Shown: in pieces, positions 9,195-18,675 of the stretch | How positions within the stretch are numbered: the first letter of the stretch is position 1 | Layout of the letters: every line of letters begins with the position of its first letter | NCBI GenBank assembly: GCA_964621645.1 | Contig: CAZUMH010000006.1 | Location: forward strand, 5,173-69,172 | Direction: 5' to 3' | DNA from: an uncultured bacterium | Lineage (GTDB): Bacteria > Zhuqueibacterota > QNDG01 > JAGLOF01 | Length of the DNA stretch: 64,000 nt | Position numbers and translations under genes: made by a program | The notes under the pieces: model-generated | The model's database searches: none | What the model saw: the letters and a program-made list of their open reading frames with translations, nothing else | Told to the model about the DNA's origin: nothing

Positions 9195-11000
9195 TTAGTT
9201 TATCAGTTCGAAATCAAGCCACCATTGAAACTGACTCAGGGTGGTGCCCTGCCAGGTATTGGTGAAACGGGGAACGGTGAGGAGCCGTATCCTGAGATGA
9301 TCAGATGGACTCACGGTCACCCCTGCCAGCACAGAGGTGGTCACATCGGTCTCAATTTGGTCGGGCTGGTGGTAACGTTCCCCGAAATCCGTCTTTTTAC
9401 TGTATATTCCATCCTCGGTCTGTTCGCGATAATCAAAAAGCGCCAGTGTCTCTTCCTCAACCTTCCAGCGGGACATATTGCGGTTGATACCGAAAGTCAA
9501 GAGAACCTTGGGCGAGATAGTGTACCGGATGAGCACCGGGATGTTAACGGTAGTGGCGTGTGAGATCATGGTCCAGTTGAGGGTCTTTTTTTCCAGGATT
9601 GAAAGGGAATACTCGTTCTTGTAATTGGTGCTTTCATAGTAGTACGTGGACAGCCGATCGGCCATTACCTCTTCCCGGGTAAGCGTTTCGGTGCTGGCGT
9701 CTTGCAGGTTGAGGCCGAAATGTATCCCGGCCCGTTCAGACAGGCGCCAGCGCAGGTAGATACCGGCCTGGTGCAGCCAGCCTTTTTTGCTTCCGTCACC
9801 GGTGCGGTCGTCATAGAGATGGTATGCGGAGGTGGAGGTGGACGTCCAATCCGTCGAGGAGTAGTAGTAATCACTGGAGGAAGAATCGGCTATCTGGGAA
9901 GCCAGATCGATGTCCACCGTTTGCCGGCCCAGACGATAGTAGAAAAAGAGGGTGCGTCCGCCGCTCATTTCCGTCGAAAGATTGAAGCCGCCGTATACAA
10001 AGCGTCCAGTATGTCCCCAGGATTGAATGGTGGAACCGGCCTGATCGTACCAGCTCCAGTCTGTTCCTGTCCCAACGATCCCATGCTGATACAGAGAAGA
10101 ATTGGTTTGCTCCAGATCCTGATCCGCCTGGCCTGAGACGATGCCTCCGGAAAAGCCCAGCCGAGTGGCCTTTGAGGCTATGACGTTGAGGCCGGCAGCC
10201 AGCTCCCAGTGGGAGTAGCCCTGATCCCTCGTTTCGCTTGACGAATAGCGGGACATTTCGTCGCTGCTCATCCCGTTGTCCCATTGGTAGCTGTTGCCGT
10301 AACCTCCGTCCCGGTTGAAGAGCACGGTACTTGCTTTTATCCCTACCATCATTTTATTACTCAGGGGCAGGCCGGAATAGAGGGTGATGAAGTGTCCGGC
10401 GTTGTGCATATCGTCCCGGCCGGTATACCGATCGGTGATGTCAGCATCCGCTACCTCGGCTGTCTTATTGCCGGCGAAGTCATATCCCGGGGAAGAGCGA
10501 TAAATGGACTGGGGCACTGAATAATACCCCTCATCCTTGAAAATCGCCTGATAAGTAAGACCGAGGGTAAGATAGTGCCGTCCTATTTTAAACGGACGGA
10601 AGAAGGTGGCCAGGGAGATGAGCGGCTCCAGTTCCTCTTTGGATTGATTCTGAAAATAGGGGGAAGGAAGGTAATAACAGCGATAATAGAGGGGATAGTA
10701 ATACTCATCCATTTTGACCGGAGCGGTGTTGCGGAAATTAAGATAGGTATAGCCGTCCAGCAAACTGTCGGAAGCCGCGAAGGCGGGATTTACCTGCAGA
10801 TCCAGGAGAGGATGAGAGAGCAGTCCGGGAGCGCTGGTCCCGAATCCGTCCAGTCCGTAGGGATTAATCCAGGAGGGCCGGAAGAAAAAACCGTTCTCCT
10901 CAAAGGTCCTTTCCAGTACCGTCTCATTAAAATACTGCGCCTGGACAAGGCCTGAGAAGAGGAAGAAGAAAAGCAGAAAAACAAAAAATATGCGTTTCAT
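9195..11000 (-). CDS. Hypothetical outer-membrane beta-barrel protein
   Basis: Signal peptide ending VQA-Q; amphipathic strands; Ser/Tyr/Thr-rich loops; aromatic-rich C-terminal strand QWWLDFELIN; AGGAAAGGA Shine-Dalgarno. Confidence 0.7.
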   Translation of the reverse strand: MKRIFFVFLLFFFLFSGLVQAQYFNETVLERTFEENGFFFRPSWINPYGLDGFGTSAPGLLSHPLLDLQVNPAFAASDSLLDGYTYLNFRNTAPVKMDEYYYPLYYRCYYLPSPYFQNQSKEELEPLISLATFFRPFKIGRHYLTLGLTYQAIFKDEGYYSVPQSIYRSSPGYDFAGNKTAEVADADITDRYTGRDDMHNAGHFITLYSGLPLSNKMMVGIKASTVLFNRDGGYGNSYQWDNGMSSDEMSRYSSSETRDQGYSHWELAAGLNVIASKATRLGFSGGIVSGQADQDLEQTNSSLYQHGIVGTGTDWSWYDQAGSTIQSWGHTGRFVYGGFNLSTEMSGGRTLFFYYRLGRQTVDIDLASQIADSSSSDYYYSSTDWTSTSTSAYHLYDDRTGDGSKKGWLHQAGIYLRWRLSERAGIHFGLNLQDASTETLTREEVMADRLSTYYYESTNYKNEYSLSILEKKTLNWTMISHATTVNIPVLIRYTISPKVLLTFGINRNMSRWKVEEETLALFDYREQTEDGIYSKKTDFGERYHQPDQIETDVTTSVLAGVTVSPSDHLRIRLLTVPRFTNTWQGTTLSQFQWWLDFELIN

Positions 11001-11044
11001 GAAGTATTCCTTTCCTCGTTCTTATTCTCACTGCATGATCCAGA

Positions 11045-11061
11045 TACAATGAACGTGCCAT
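11045..11061 (-). promoter_or_regulatory. Candidate sigma54 (-24/-12) promoter
   Basis: The minus strand reads ATGGCACGTTCATTGTA against consensus YTGGCACGNNNNTTGCW (GG-N10-GT, one deviation at -12). It lies about 45 nt upstream of the 11000 ATG and next to an NtrC-family activator gene. Confidence 0.6.
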
Positions 11062-11271
11062 TACCATCGGCGTTTCGCCCCGGCCCGTGACACGGTCGTG
11101 TCCAACATTTAGAAACCGGGCCTTGCGGAGTATGGCCGCCTCATTATGGTAAAAGGTATGAACTTTTACGATGAAGAAAAAAATATTTTTTTTTAAAAGA
11201 TGAATAACCAAACCGGGATAAACGGGGTGAAAATCCTCCAAAAATCGAGGATTCTTCGAATATTCGATGCT

Positions 11272-12327
11272 CTAGAAACGGAAGGAAAGACTGCTGGTTA
11301 TTATATTCTTATTATAATAACGGCCCGCCAGAGGGGATTCATCCTGATAACGCCCGCCGCGCACGTGCAGCGTAAGGCCGGAACGGATATCCCGGGAGAA
11401 ATCCAGGAGCAGGAAGGTGTTTTCTTCTGACTCGCCGCCGGGTCTAGTCAGCAGGGCCGGGTCGAGACGGTCATCGTAGTGGCGCGTCCTCAGGGAACCG
11501 TGCAGCATAAACACGACTCCCGCCCCCAGATCGACGGCTGTCTGCAGGGAGAGCAACGGCTGCCAGAAGCTGTACCCGAAACTGTTGGATGACTGTCTTC
11601 TGAATCCCAGGGCGAAGCGAAACAGCAGGGGGCCGCGCCATTCGCCGGTAACATTGAGGTCCATAAAGACATCCTGCTGTTTATCCGCTGCGATGGCCCA
11701 GAAGTCTGTCGTGTTATACTGCCAGGCGGGCCGGTCATACACTCTTAAGGAGAGCATCGTTTCCAGCGAGAACAGCAGGTTCCGATTGGGACGAAGATGA
11801 GCGGCCAGGCCTCCTCCCGTTTCACGATTATCATAATAGGTTGAACCGGAATAGTTCATGACCGCCAGCATTCCCAAAAAGGAAATACTCACGCCAGGGG
11901 TGAAAGAGCGATAAAGACCGGGGCTGATCTGCAGGCGGGTGTACCCCCACCTCAGCTGGGGATACCATTTGACTCTGGCTCCGGCCCGCGCGCTGCAGAT
12001 CCAGTTCTTTCCCGCGGGCAGCGTTCCCACAGCCGAGATGTCTTGTACGAGACGGGTCTCTTCTCTGTGATTTTGGTAGATTTCCGTGCCGCCTCGGTAG
12101 TCAAGGCGCAGACTGCTCTTGGCCTTGCGGTGAAAAAGCGAGAGGTACAGTGAAACCTGGGGGCCTCCCGCTCCTACCGAATCACCCTCGGATTCGAAGA
12201 TATTGGAATCGTGTTTCCAGCCCAGAGTAAGGCGTGATTCCCGCTGCCAGCGGTTCTGAGCCATACATGAAAGAGGCAGGATCACAACCAAACTAACGAT
12301 CAGGACCTGCCGCAACCGTATTGTCAT
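11272..12327 (-). CDS. Hypothetical outer-membrane beta-barrel protein
   Basis: Signal peptide (MTIRLRQVLIVSLVVILPLSCMAQ); WKHDSNIF start typical of barrels; C-terminal beta-signal SSLSFRF. Start moved from 12369 to the ATG at 12327. Confidence 0.7.
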   Translation of the reverse strand: MTIRLRQVLIVSLVVILPLSCMAQNRWQRESRLTLGWKHDSNIFESEGDSVGAGGPQVSLYLSLFHRKAKSSLRLDYRGGTEIYQNHREETRLVQDISAVGTLPAGKNWICSARAGARVKWYPQLRWGYTRLQISPGLYRSFTPGVSISFLGMLAVMNYSGSTYYDNRETGGGLAAHLRPNRNLLFSLETMLSLRVYDRPAWQYNTTDFWAIAADKQQDVFMDLNVTGEWRGPLLFRFALGFRRQSSNSFGYSFWQPLLSLQTAVDLGAGVVFMLHGSLRTRHYDDRLDPALLTRPGGESEENTFLLLDFSRDIRSGLTLHVRGGRYQDESPLAGRYYNKNIITSSLSFRF

Positions 12328-12329
12328 AA

Positions 12330-13325
12330 TTACTTTTTCGATTTTTCGTCCGCATGCTTGTAGAACCACTGGGCCCTGGTTCCAAGACTGTCGGCCGAAC
12401 GTTCCAGTGAAGTCTGATAGCGGGAGAGGAGATCAATCCATTTTTTTAGATCAGTAATATTGTCCGGATAGGGAGCGGTGAGCAGATAGCGCAGGGTTGT
12501 CAGATCGGAAGGATAGATGGGGGCTAACGTCTGAGAATAGGCTTTGCCGTCCAGGTTCAGGGTGGCATTAGATTCTCTCTGGTTGGAGCCGGGATCAGCG
12601 GCGGCCCGGCCGCTCAGTTCTTCCTCTTCATTGAAGAGAGCCATATCCTGACCCAACTCATCCAGACGGGAACGCAAACGTACCTCTGAGCGAAGTTTCC
12701 CGATGCGGTCTTTGGTAGCCCGGCCTTCCTGATGTAGCCAGTCTATTCTGTCCATGAGCAGATCCCCTTTAAGACGCAGGAGACGGGAAGAGTCATCCGG
12801 ATTGGCCTCGATGGCCGCGAATGAGATTTCGCCTGCGGCTGCGGGGGTGAGTTTTCCCTGCCAGTCCTTTTTATAGCCAAGCATCTCCACCAGTCTTCCC
12901 TGCAGGATCCGCTTCTCATCCGATCCAGTCTGTTCCAGTCTGGTTATCAGGCTGTCGATGGCGCTTTCCAGATCCGCCAGATCTTTTTGGAGCACACTCT
13001 CCCTCTCGAGATGTATGCGGGTCATCCGGTTCCGTTCGAGTCCGACGGTATAACTCAGGTGGTCTATCTGAAGCATCAGTTTTTCGAGGCGATTATGTTC
13101 GGAAGATGAGAGCTGTTCTTTTTCCTTGAGAAGATTAACCGCTAATGCCAGGGAACGTCCCTGGTCCTGCAGTGAGTCAAGCAGGGCCCGGGATGAATCG
13201 AGGCGCGCCTCAATGTGAGCCAGTTTTTCCGCTCTGGCCTCCCAGATGTCCTGTGCCTGTGTATGCTCCCCTAAAATAAATAGAAACAATATCAGGAAGC
13301 TGGCCGATGTGAGAAAATGTTTCAT
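12330..13325 (-). CDS. Hypothetical exported coiled-coil protein
   Basis: Signal peptide MKHFLTSASFLILFLFILGEHTQAQ; Leu heptad-rich helices; GGAGAGG Shine-Dalgarno before 13325. Confidence 0.65.
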   Translation of the reverse strand: MKHFLTSASFLILFLFILGEHTQAQDIWEARAEKLAHIEARLDSSRALLDSLQDQGRSLALAVNLLKEKEQLSSSEHNRLEKLMLQIDHLSYTVGLERNRMTRIHLERESVLQKDLADLESAIDSLITRLEQTGSDEKRILQGRLVEMLGYKKDWQGKLTPAAAGEISFAAIEANPDDSSRLLRLKGDLLMDRIDWLHQEGRATKDRIGKLRSEVRLRSRLDELGQDMALFNEEEELSGRAAADPGSNQRESNATLNLDGKAYSQTLAPIYPSDLTTLRYLLTAPYPDNITDLKKWIDLLSRYQTSLERSADSLGTRAQWFYKHADEKSKK

Positions 13326-13341
13326 TTCCTCTCCCATACTT

Positions 13342-14733
13342 TTAAACCAGCCCGTGTTTTTCCAGCTTATAATACAGCGTGCTTTCCTTAAGGCCCAGCA
13401 GCCGGGCGGCCCGTGCTTTTACACCGCCGCTGGCATTAAGGGCCTGCTCCAGAATTTTCTTCTCCAGAGCAGCCAGACGGGCTTCCAGATCGAGAGAGTC
13501 ATCAGCAACATCCGTGCCTTTTGGAGGATTGAGAAGGAATCGCAGGTCCGAGGCATCGATTTCGGAACCGCTGGCGAGCACCACCGCCCGCTCAAGAACG
13601 TTGCCCAATTCCCTGATGTTGCCGGGCCAGTGGTAGGCCGTGAGCGCGGCAACGGCGTCATCCGTAAGCTTCATGGGAGGGGCGGTGCGGTTTATGCTGA
13701 ACTGCCCCAGGAAATGAGCCGCCAGAAGCGGGATATCCTCTCTGCGCTCTCTCAGGGGAGACAGGTGCACCGGCAGAATAAAGAGGCGGTAAAAGAGATC
13801 TTCCCGGAATCCGCCTTCTTTGACTTCCCGGGCCAGGTCGCGATTGGTAGCGGCGATGACCCGGACATCCACCCGCAGGGTCTCTTCACCGCCCACCCGC
13901 TCGAACTCTTTCTCCTGCAGGACACGTAGCAATTTTACCTGGGTTGCCGGCGGGATATCTCCGATCTCGTCTAAAAACAAGGTGCCCTGATCTGCCAGTT
14001 CAAAACGGCCTTTCTTGGTCCTCAGGGCACCGGTGAAGGCTCCCTTTTCATGTCCAAAGAGCTCGCTTTCCAGCACGCCCTCGGCCAGTGCTCCGCAATT
14101 AACCCGAATAAAGGGCCCCTGGCGGCGAGGGCTGCTTTTATGAATTGCCCGTGCGACCAGTTCCTTGCCGGTGCCGCTTTCTCCGCTGATGAGAACCGAA
14201 GCTTCGCTTTGAGATATTTTGGCTATGGTGCCATAGAGGGTGCGCATGGGAGGAGATTCACCCACGATCTCACCGAAGTTGAAACGTACGTCGTCTTCCC
14301 GGCGTAAATAGGCGTTTTCTTCACTCAGACGGCTGACCTCTTTTTGCTGCTGCAGCAGCTCTGCCAGACGTTTCACCCGCATGATGAGTTCTTCTTTTGA
14401 GAAAGGCTTGCAGATAAAATCGTCGGCTCCTGCTTTCATCGCTTCGACAGCCAAGTCCACTGTGCCATAGGCGGTAATAATAATCACCCGAAGATTTTTC
14501 TGCAGTTCCCGGCTCCGCCCCAGCAGCTCCAATCCATTCATACCGGCCATTCGATGGTCCGTGATCAGAAGATCATGCGAGGTTTTCCTCAACTCCTTCA
14601 GCGCCGCTTCGCCGCTTTCTTTCGAGGTCACCGCATATCCGGACTGGTGTAAAATCTGGTGTATGCCGTCCCTCAGGGTTTCATCATCTTCGGCCACCAG
14701 TACTGAAAGAGACATTTTCGCGTCTTTTTCCAT
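13342..14733 (-). CDS. Sigma54-dependent response regulator (NtrC/ZraR/AtoC family)
   Basis: Receiver (VAEDD, LITDHRM, CKPF), Walker A GESGTGKE, GAFTGA loop, LFLDEIG, WPGNIREL and a Fis-type HTH at the C-terminus. Confidence 0.97.
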   Translation of the reverse strand: MEKDAKMSLSVLVAEDDETLRDGIHQILHQSGYAVTSKESGEAALKELRKTSHDLLITDHRMAGMNGLELLGRSRELQKNLRVIIITAYGTVDLAVEAMKAGADDFICKPFSKEELIMRVKRLAELLQQQKEVSRLSEENAYLRREDDVRFNFGEIVGESPPMRTLYGTIAKISQSEASVLISGESGTGKELVARAIHKSSPRRQGPFIRVNCGALAEGVLESELFGHEKGAFTGALRTKKGRFELADQGTLFLDEIGDIPPATQVKLLRVLQEKEFERVGGEETLRVDVRVIAATNRDLAREVKEGGFREDLFYRLFILPVHLSPLRERREDIPLLAAHFLGQFSINRTAPPMKLTDDAVAALTAYHWPGNIRELGNVLERAVVLASGSEIDASDLRFLLNPPKGTDVADDSLDLEARLAALEKKILEQALNASGGVKARAARLLGLKESTLYYKLEKHGLV

Positions 14734-14773
14734 CCAGTCCAGCTCCTTCCGCTTCTATCATGAGTTACCCGTG

Positions 14774-16189
14774 TTATCCGGCCAGGGGAAAACGGACACA
14801 GAACCGTGTCCCTTTCGGGTCTGACCGCACTATTTTCACTTCGCCTTTGTTGCTTTTTACTAGATTTTTTACGATGGAAAGCCCCAGACCGATCCCCTTT
14901 TCCCGGGTAGTATAAAAAGGCTGAAAGACCGTGTCTCTTACTTCCCGGGGAATGCCGGGGCCGCTGTCCTCTATGAAAAGCCGGCAGTCGCTATTTTCGG
15001 TTTCCCAGGATAACGATATGGTCCCTCCCTGAGGCATGGCCTGAATGCTGTTCTGCATCAGGTTCAACAGAATCCGTTTCAGATGGTCCGGGTCGACCAT
15101 GATCTTGGCGTCTTCCCGATTGCCGGGAACGCGTACCGTTACCGTTGCGCTCTGGAGCCTGTCTGTCAGCAGCTGGCGGCACTCTTCGATCGTTGCAGAG
15201 AGTGAGCAGGGCTGCCTGTTTGGTTCCCTGGGCCTGGCGAATTCCAGAAAATGATTAACAATACCACCCAGCTGCCGCACTTCCCTGACGATCCTTTCCA
15301 GCTGATCGAGGGCTTTGTCATTCTCAACGGGGATGGAGTCACGCAATAATCCGCAGAAAAGTTCGATCCCGCTCAGAGGAGTGCGAATTTCATGGGCGAT
15401 ACCGGATAGCATTGCCTTCAGCTCCCGTTCCCGTTCCAGCACGGCGGAGCGCATCGTCTCCATGGTTTCCGCCAGCTGGTGAGGTTCTCCGCCGCCGCCG
15501 ACTGTAATGGGGAGGCTGTAGTCACCCTTGGCAATACGCCGGGATAGCGCCGCCAGTTTCATAATGGGGCGGCTTATTGTCCCCCCTGTAATTACCGCTA
15601 TAATCATGGCGAGGACGACGGCGACGAGACCCGTCAGCAGCAGTTTACTTTTAAGGGCATCAAGCCCGGCCAGAAAAGCGGCACTGCCGTCCACCGCCAC
15701 GCCTCCCGCTATCTCCCCCGAGAAAGAAAGAGGAGCGAATCCCAGCATGCGGGGATTGCCGGCGGCGTCATGATAGAGGGGCGAGTGAGATGATTCTCCC
15801 TGATAGATCCGTCCCACTTCGCTGCGGTAGAACTGCAGCTGGAAGGAGGCATCGGGCCAGATACCGGCAGTATCCGTATCCAGAATAGGATGTGTATAGT
15901 CGCTGAAAAGATAAATACGCTCTACTTCGGTAACCTGCCGCAGCTTTTCCAGATTGCCTAAAAGACCGCTCCTGGCCCGGGGGCCGGGGGTTTGGCCGAG
16001 CAGGGTTAACTCTTCAGCCGAGTAGAGCACGCTGGCGGCGCGGGCCACGGCTTCCAATTTTCCGCCCAGTTCATTTTCCAGGCTGCTGCGCAGGGACCAG
16101 TAGACCAGTCTGCCGCTGAACAGAAGCGAGAGCACCACCAGAGAGACAGACATGACTACCAGTCGATTTCTGATGCGATGCAGGAACAT
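14774..16189 (-). CDS. Membrane sensor histidine kinase with HAMP domain
   Basis: Two TM segments, HAMP domain, H-box IAHEIRTPL, N-box NLMQNS, DSGPGIP, FYTT and GIGLGL. Confidence 0.95.
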   Translation of the reverse strand: MFLHRIRNRLVVMSVSLVVLSLLFSGRLVYWSLRSSLENELGGKLEAVARAASVLYSAEELTLLGQTPGPRARSGLLGNLEKLRQVTEVERIYLFSDYTHPILDTDTAGIWPDASFQLQFYRSEVGRIYQGESSHSPLYHDAAGNPRMLGFAPLSFSGEIAGGVAVDGSAAFLAGLDALKSKLLLTGLVAVVLAMIIAVITGGTISRPIMKLAALSRRIAKGDYSLPITVGGGGEPHQLAETMETMRSAVLERERELKAMLSGIAHEIRTPLSGIELFCGLLRDSIPVENDKALDQLERIVREVRQLGGIVNHFLEFARPREPNRQPCSLSATIEECRQLLTDRLQSATVTVRVPGNREDAKIMVDPDHLKRILLNLMQNSIQAMPQGGTISLSWETENSDCRLFIEDSGPGIPREVRDTVFQPFYTTREKGIGLGLSIVKNLVKSNKGEVKIVRSDPKGTRFCVRFPLAG

Positions 16190-16225
16190 ATACCAATCCC
16201 GGATTAATCCATCCCGCGATCAACC

Positions 16226-16963
16226 CTAAATAGGAGAAACCTCGCCGTCCTTCCAGACACGGAAACGGTAAAGAAGATATCCCGCGTTACTGTCCTTGCA
16301 AAAGAAGAAATCCCAGTAATTTTCCTTATAAGCCGCGTGGATATCGGTATTTTTCACCGTCCGGAGAGGACAGGCCTGACGGATTTTGGCAATATCCATG
16401 AAACAGAAAGAGAGCGCGAACGTGTTCAGCGGTTCTGCCAGCGTAAGAATGGCTCCCCGATCCGGTTCCCAGTTGTAGTAGACCGTCAGGGTCAGGTGGT
16501 ACCGCAGGATGAGCGAGTCCAGTTCCGCCTCGCCGGTCAGGATGTCCCCTTCGCGCCAGGCCTCGTCCCATGAGGCGCTGCTGTCATACGTTACGATAAT
16601 ATTATAGGGATCCGGTGCGGGAGAGGCATGGATGTGGTGGATGATCATGACGCTGTCCCGGGTGGCCAGGTGCCGGGCCTGATAGATGGTCAACAGACCG
16701 TTATAGATCGTCTCTTGCATTTCCTCGGACAGGGTAATGGACCAGTCCCCCCGGTTGGCCGCGAAACGCAGTGTGAGAATGGCGGCATCGATGCGGAGGA
16801 GACTGGTGATCGAGTCCGGGACGGCGGTTGCCGAAACCGAGGGCAGCCGGGGGAAGGAGGCATCCTTCTCGGGAGTCAAAAGGCTGCATCCCGCGATGAA
16901 CAGAATAAAAAGGACGAGTACCGGCAGTCCCCGCTGATATTTTCCTGTGAGCAATGCACCCAT
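16226..16963 (-). CDS. Hypothetical lipoprotein (start uncertain)
   Basis: Lipobox FIAGC; first gene of the co-directional run containing the two-component system. Confidence 0.6.
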   Translation of the reverse strand: MGALLTGKYQRGLPVLVLFILFIAGCSLLTPEKDASFPRLPSVSATAVPDSITSLLRIDAAILTLRFAANRGDWSITLSEEMQETIYNGLLTIYQARHLATRDSVMIIHHIHASPAPDPYNIIVTYDSSASWDEAWREGDILTGEAELDSLILRYHLTLTVYYNWEPDRGAILTLAEPLNTFALSFCFMDIAKIRQACPLRTVKNTDIHAAYKENYWDFFFCKDSNAGYLLYRFRVWKDGEVSPI

Positions 16964-16971
16964 ACCATGAT

Positions 16972-17000
16972 AAAGTACGTTTCCGCCGGTTTATTGTCAA
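16972..17000 (-). promoter_or_regulatory. Candidate sigma70 promoter for the lipoprotein-HK-RR run
   Basis: Minus strand TTGACA-N17-TACTTT. Confidence 0.5.
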
Positions 17001-17057
17001 GGTCTTTCCCGGCCCCCGCGTGAGGCATATATTTTCGGTGAAGGGCTGATAAAATAC

Positions 17058-17086
17058 TTGACTTTAAAGGCAATAAACCGTAAATT
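17058..17086 (+). promoter_or_regulatory. Sigma70 promoter for the tRNA/tilS unit
   Basis: TTGACT-N17-TAAATT, 12 nt before the tRNA. Confidence 0.65.
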
Positions 17087-17098
17087 TTCAACTCGGTT

Positions 17099-17172
17099 GG
17101 CGGTGTAGCTCAGCTGGTTAGAGCAGCGGAATCATAATCCGCGTGTCCGGGGTTCGAATCCCTGCACCGCTA
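17099..17172 (+). tRNA. tRNA with CAU anticodon (probably elongator tRNA-Met; Ile2 not excluded); CCA not encoded
   Basis: GGCGGTG/CACCGCT acceptor stem, TAGCTCAGCTGGTTAGAGC D arm, GCGGA-ATCATAA-TCCGC anticodon arm, GGTTCGAATCC T arm and A73. There is no 1:72 mismatch, so it is not the initiator. Confidence 0.93.
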
Positions 17173-17197
17173 CAAGAAGAGGGGGTATATATGAGGC

Positions 17198-17233
17198 GGC
17201 CTTTCTAGATCCGGTAGAAAGGCCTCTTTGTTT
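17198..17233 (+). terminator. Hairpin after the tRNA (weak terminator or processing signal)
   Basis: GGCCTTTCTA-N7-TAGAAAGGCC followed by an interrupted T tract, TCTTTGTTT. Confidence 0.45.
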
Positions 17234-17264
17234 ATCCGCCCTACTGCCGTTGGCGGAGGATCGA

Positions 17265-18650
17265 ATGGCTGATCTGGAAGCACGCTTCCTTGCCTACATT
17301 AAGCAGCATGATTTGCTTGCTCCGGGAGATGGAATCGTTCTCGCCGTATCAGGTGGAGTCGATTCCGTGGTGATGGCTGAACTCTTCCGGAGATTTTCTG
17401 AGACGTTCTCCCTTTCCTTGACGGTAGCCCACTTAAACCACTGTCTTCGCGGCAAAAGCGCTGATCGGGACGAAGATTTCGTACACCGCCTGGCTGGGAT
17501 TTGGTCCCTGCCTTGCTGTATAGAAAAGCGTCCGGTCGGCGATCTGGCCCGGGAACGAGGACTTTCCCTTGAAGAGGCCGGCAGAATCGTCCGTTTCGAA
17601 TTTCTGGAGGAGGTGAGACGATCCCTTGGATTCCACAAGGTGGCACTGGGGCACCAGGCGGATGATCAGGCAGAGACCGTGCTGATGCATCTGGCCCGGG
17701 GGTCGGGTCTGCGGGGAATGCGGGGGATGCAGCCTCAGCGGGGGAACATTATCCATCCACTGCTTTTTGCACGAAAAGAAGAGCTGTTGGATTACGCCGG
17801 GGCGGAAGGACTCGATTTCATTGAGGATGAAACCAACCGGCAGGATATGTTCCTGCGAAACCGGTTCAGGCATGTCGTTATACCGGCGCTGAGGGAGGCC
17901 GCCGGAGCGGGGGTGACGGACAGAATCTGCCGCAGTGCCGGGCATCTGGCGGAAGTGGAGGAGCTGCTCCTGGAAGAGGTGCAAGAAGCGGAGGGGGCGG
18001 TGTTGAGCCGGAGCCGGAACGGGGAGGTTTTGCTTGATATTTATCATTTTTCAGCGTATCTTAAAGCCGTGAAAAAAGGCATCTTGGTAGCTGTTCTGGA
18101 AAAGCTGGGACCGGATCGTGGAGCTCCCGGATTTCAGACTATCGAGAGGCTTTTACACCTGATTGAACAGGGGAGGAGCGGCACCTGTCTGGATCTCCCC
18201 GGAGCTGTCCACGTCTGGAAGAGCGGCGGCAGCGTGCTTTTTTCGCAGAGCCGCAAGAGGCTTCGGTCCTGTCGGGTTCATCCGGGAGATGAGGTGGACC
18301 TGCCTGAGAGCGGCCTGCGGCTGCGGCTGCGGCTTCTGGAAAGAGAGGCTCTCCCTCCCTTTAATGCCGGTCGCGACATTGAATACGTGGATTTTGACCG
18401 CCTGGAGGCACCCCTGAATCTGCGGAGCGTTAAACCGGGTGACTGGTTTGTTCCTTTGGGGATGAATCAAAAGAAAAAACTGCATGATTTTTTCATCGAC
18501 GAGAAGGTGCCGGCCTTTCAGCGAGGCCGCATCCCTCTGCTGACCGCCGGAGACGAAATTGTGGCTGTATTGGGCTTTCGTATCGATCATCGCTTCCGGA
18601 TCACGAAAGAGACACGGCGGGTGATGGAATTGAATATCATGACAGAGTAA
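17265..18650 (+). CDS. tilS: tRNA(Ile)-lysidine synthetase
   Basis: PP-loop AVSGGVDS, HLNHCLRG, GHQADDQAET, RNRFRH and C-terminal TilS-C (KKLHDFFIDEKVP). Start set at ATG 17265 after GGAGGA. Confidence 0.96.
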   Translation: MADLEARFLAYIKQHDLLAPGDGIVLAVSGGVDSVVMAELFRRFSETFSLSLTVAHLNHCLRGKSADRDEDFVHRLAGIWSLPCCIEKRPVGDLARERGLSLEEAGRIVRFEFLEEVRRSLGFHKVALGHQADDQAETVLMHLARGSGLRGMRGMQPQRGNIIHPLLFARKEELLDYAGAEGLDFIEDETNRQDMFLRNRFRHVVIPALREAAGAGVTDRICRSAGHLAEVEELLLEEVQEAEGAVLSRSRNGEVLLDIYHFSAYLKAVKKGILVAVLEKLGPDRGAPGFQTIERLLHLIEQGRSGTCLDLPGAVHVWKSGGSVLFSQSRKRLRSCRVHPGDEVDLPESGLRLRLRLLEREALPPFNAGRDIEYVDFDRLEAPLNLRSVKPGDWFVPLGMNQKKKLHDFFIDEKVPAFQRGRIPLLTAGDEIVAVLGFRIDHRFRITKETRRVMELNIMTE

Positions 18651-18675
18651 TAATGGTTAGCAAAAAGGAAGACTG

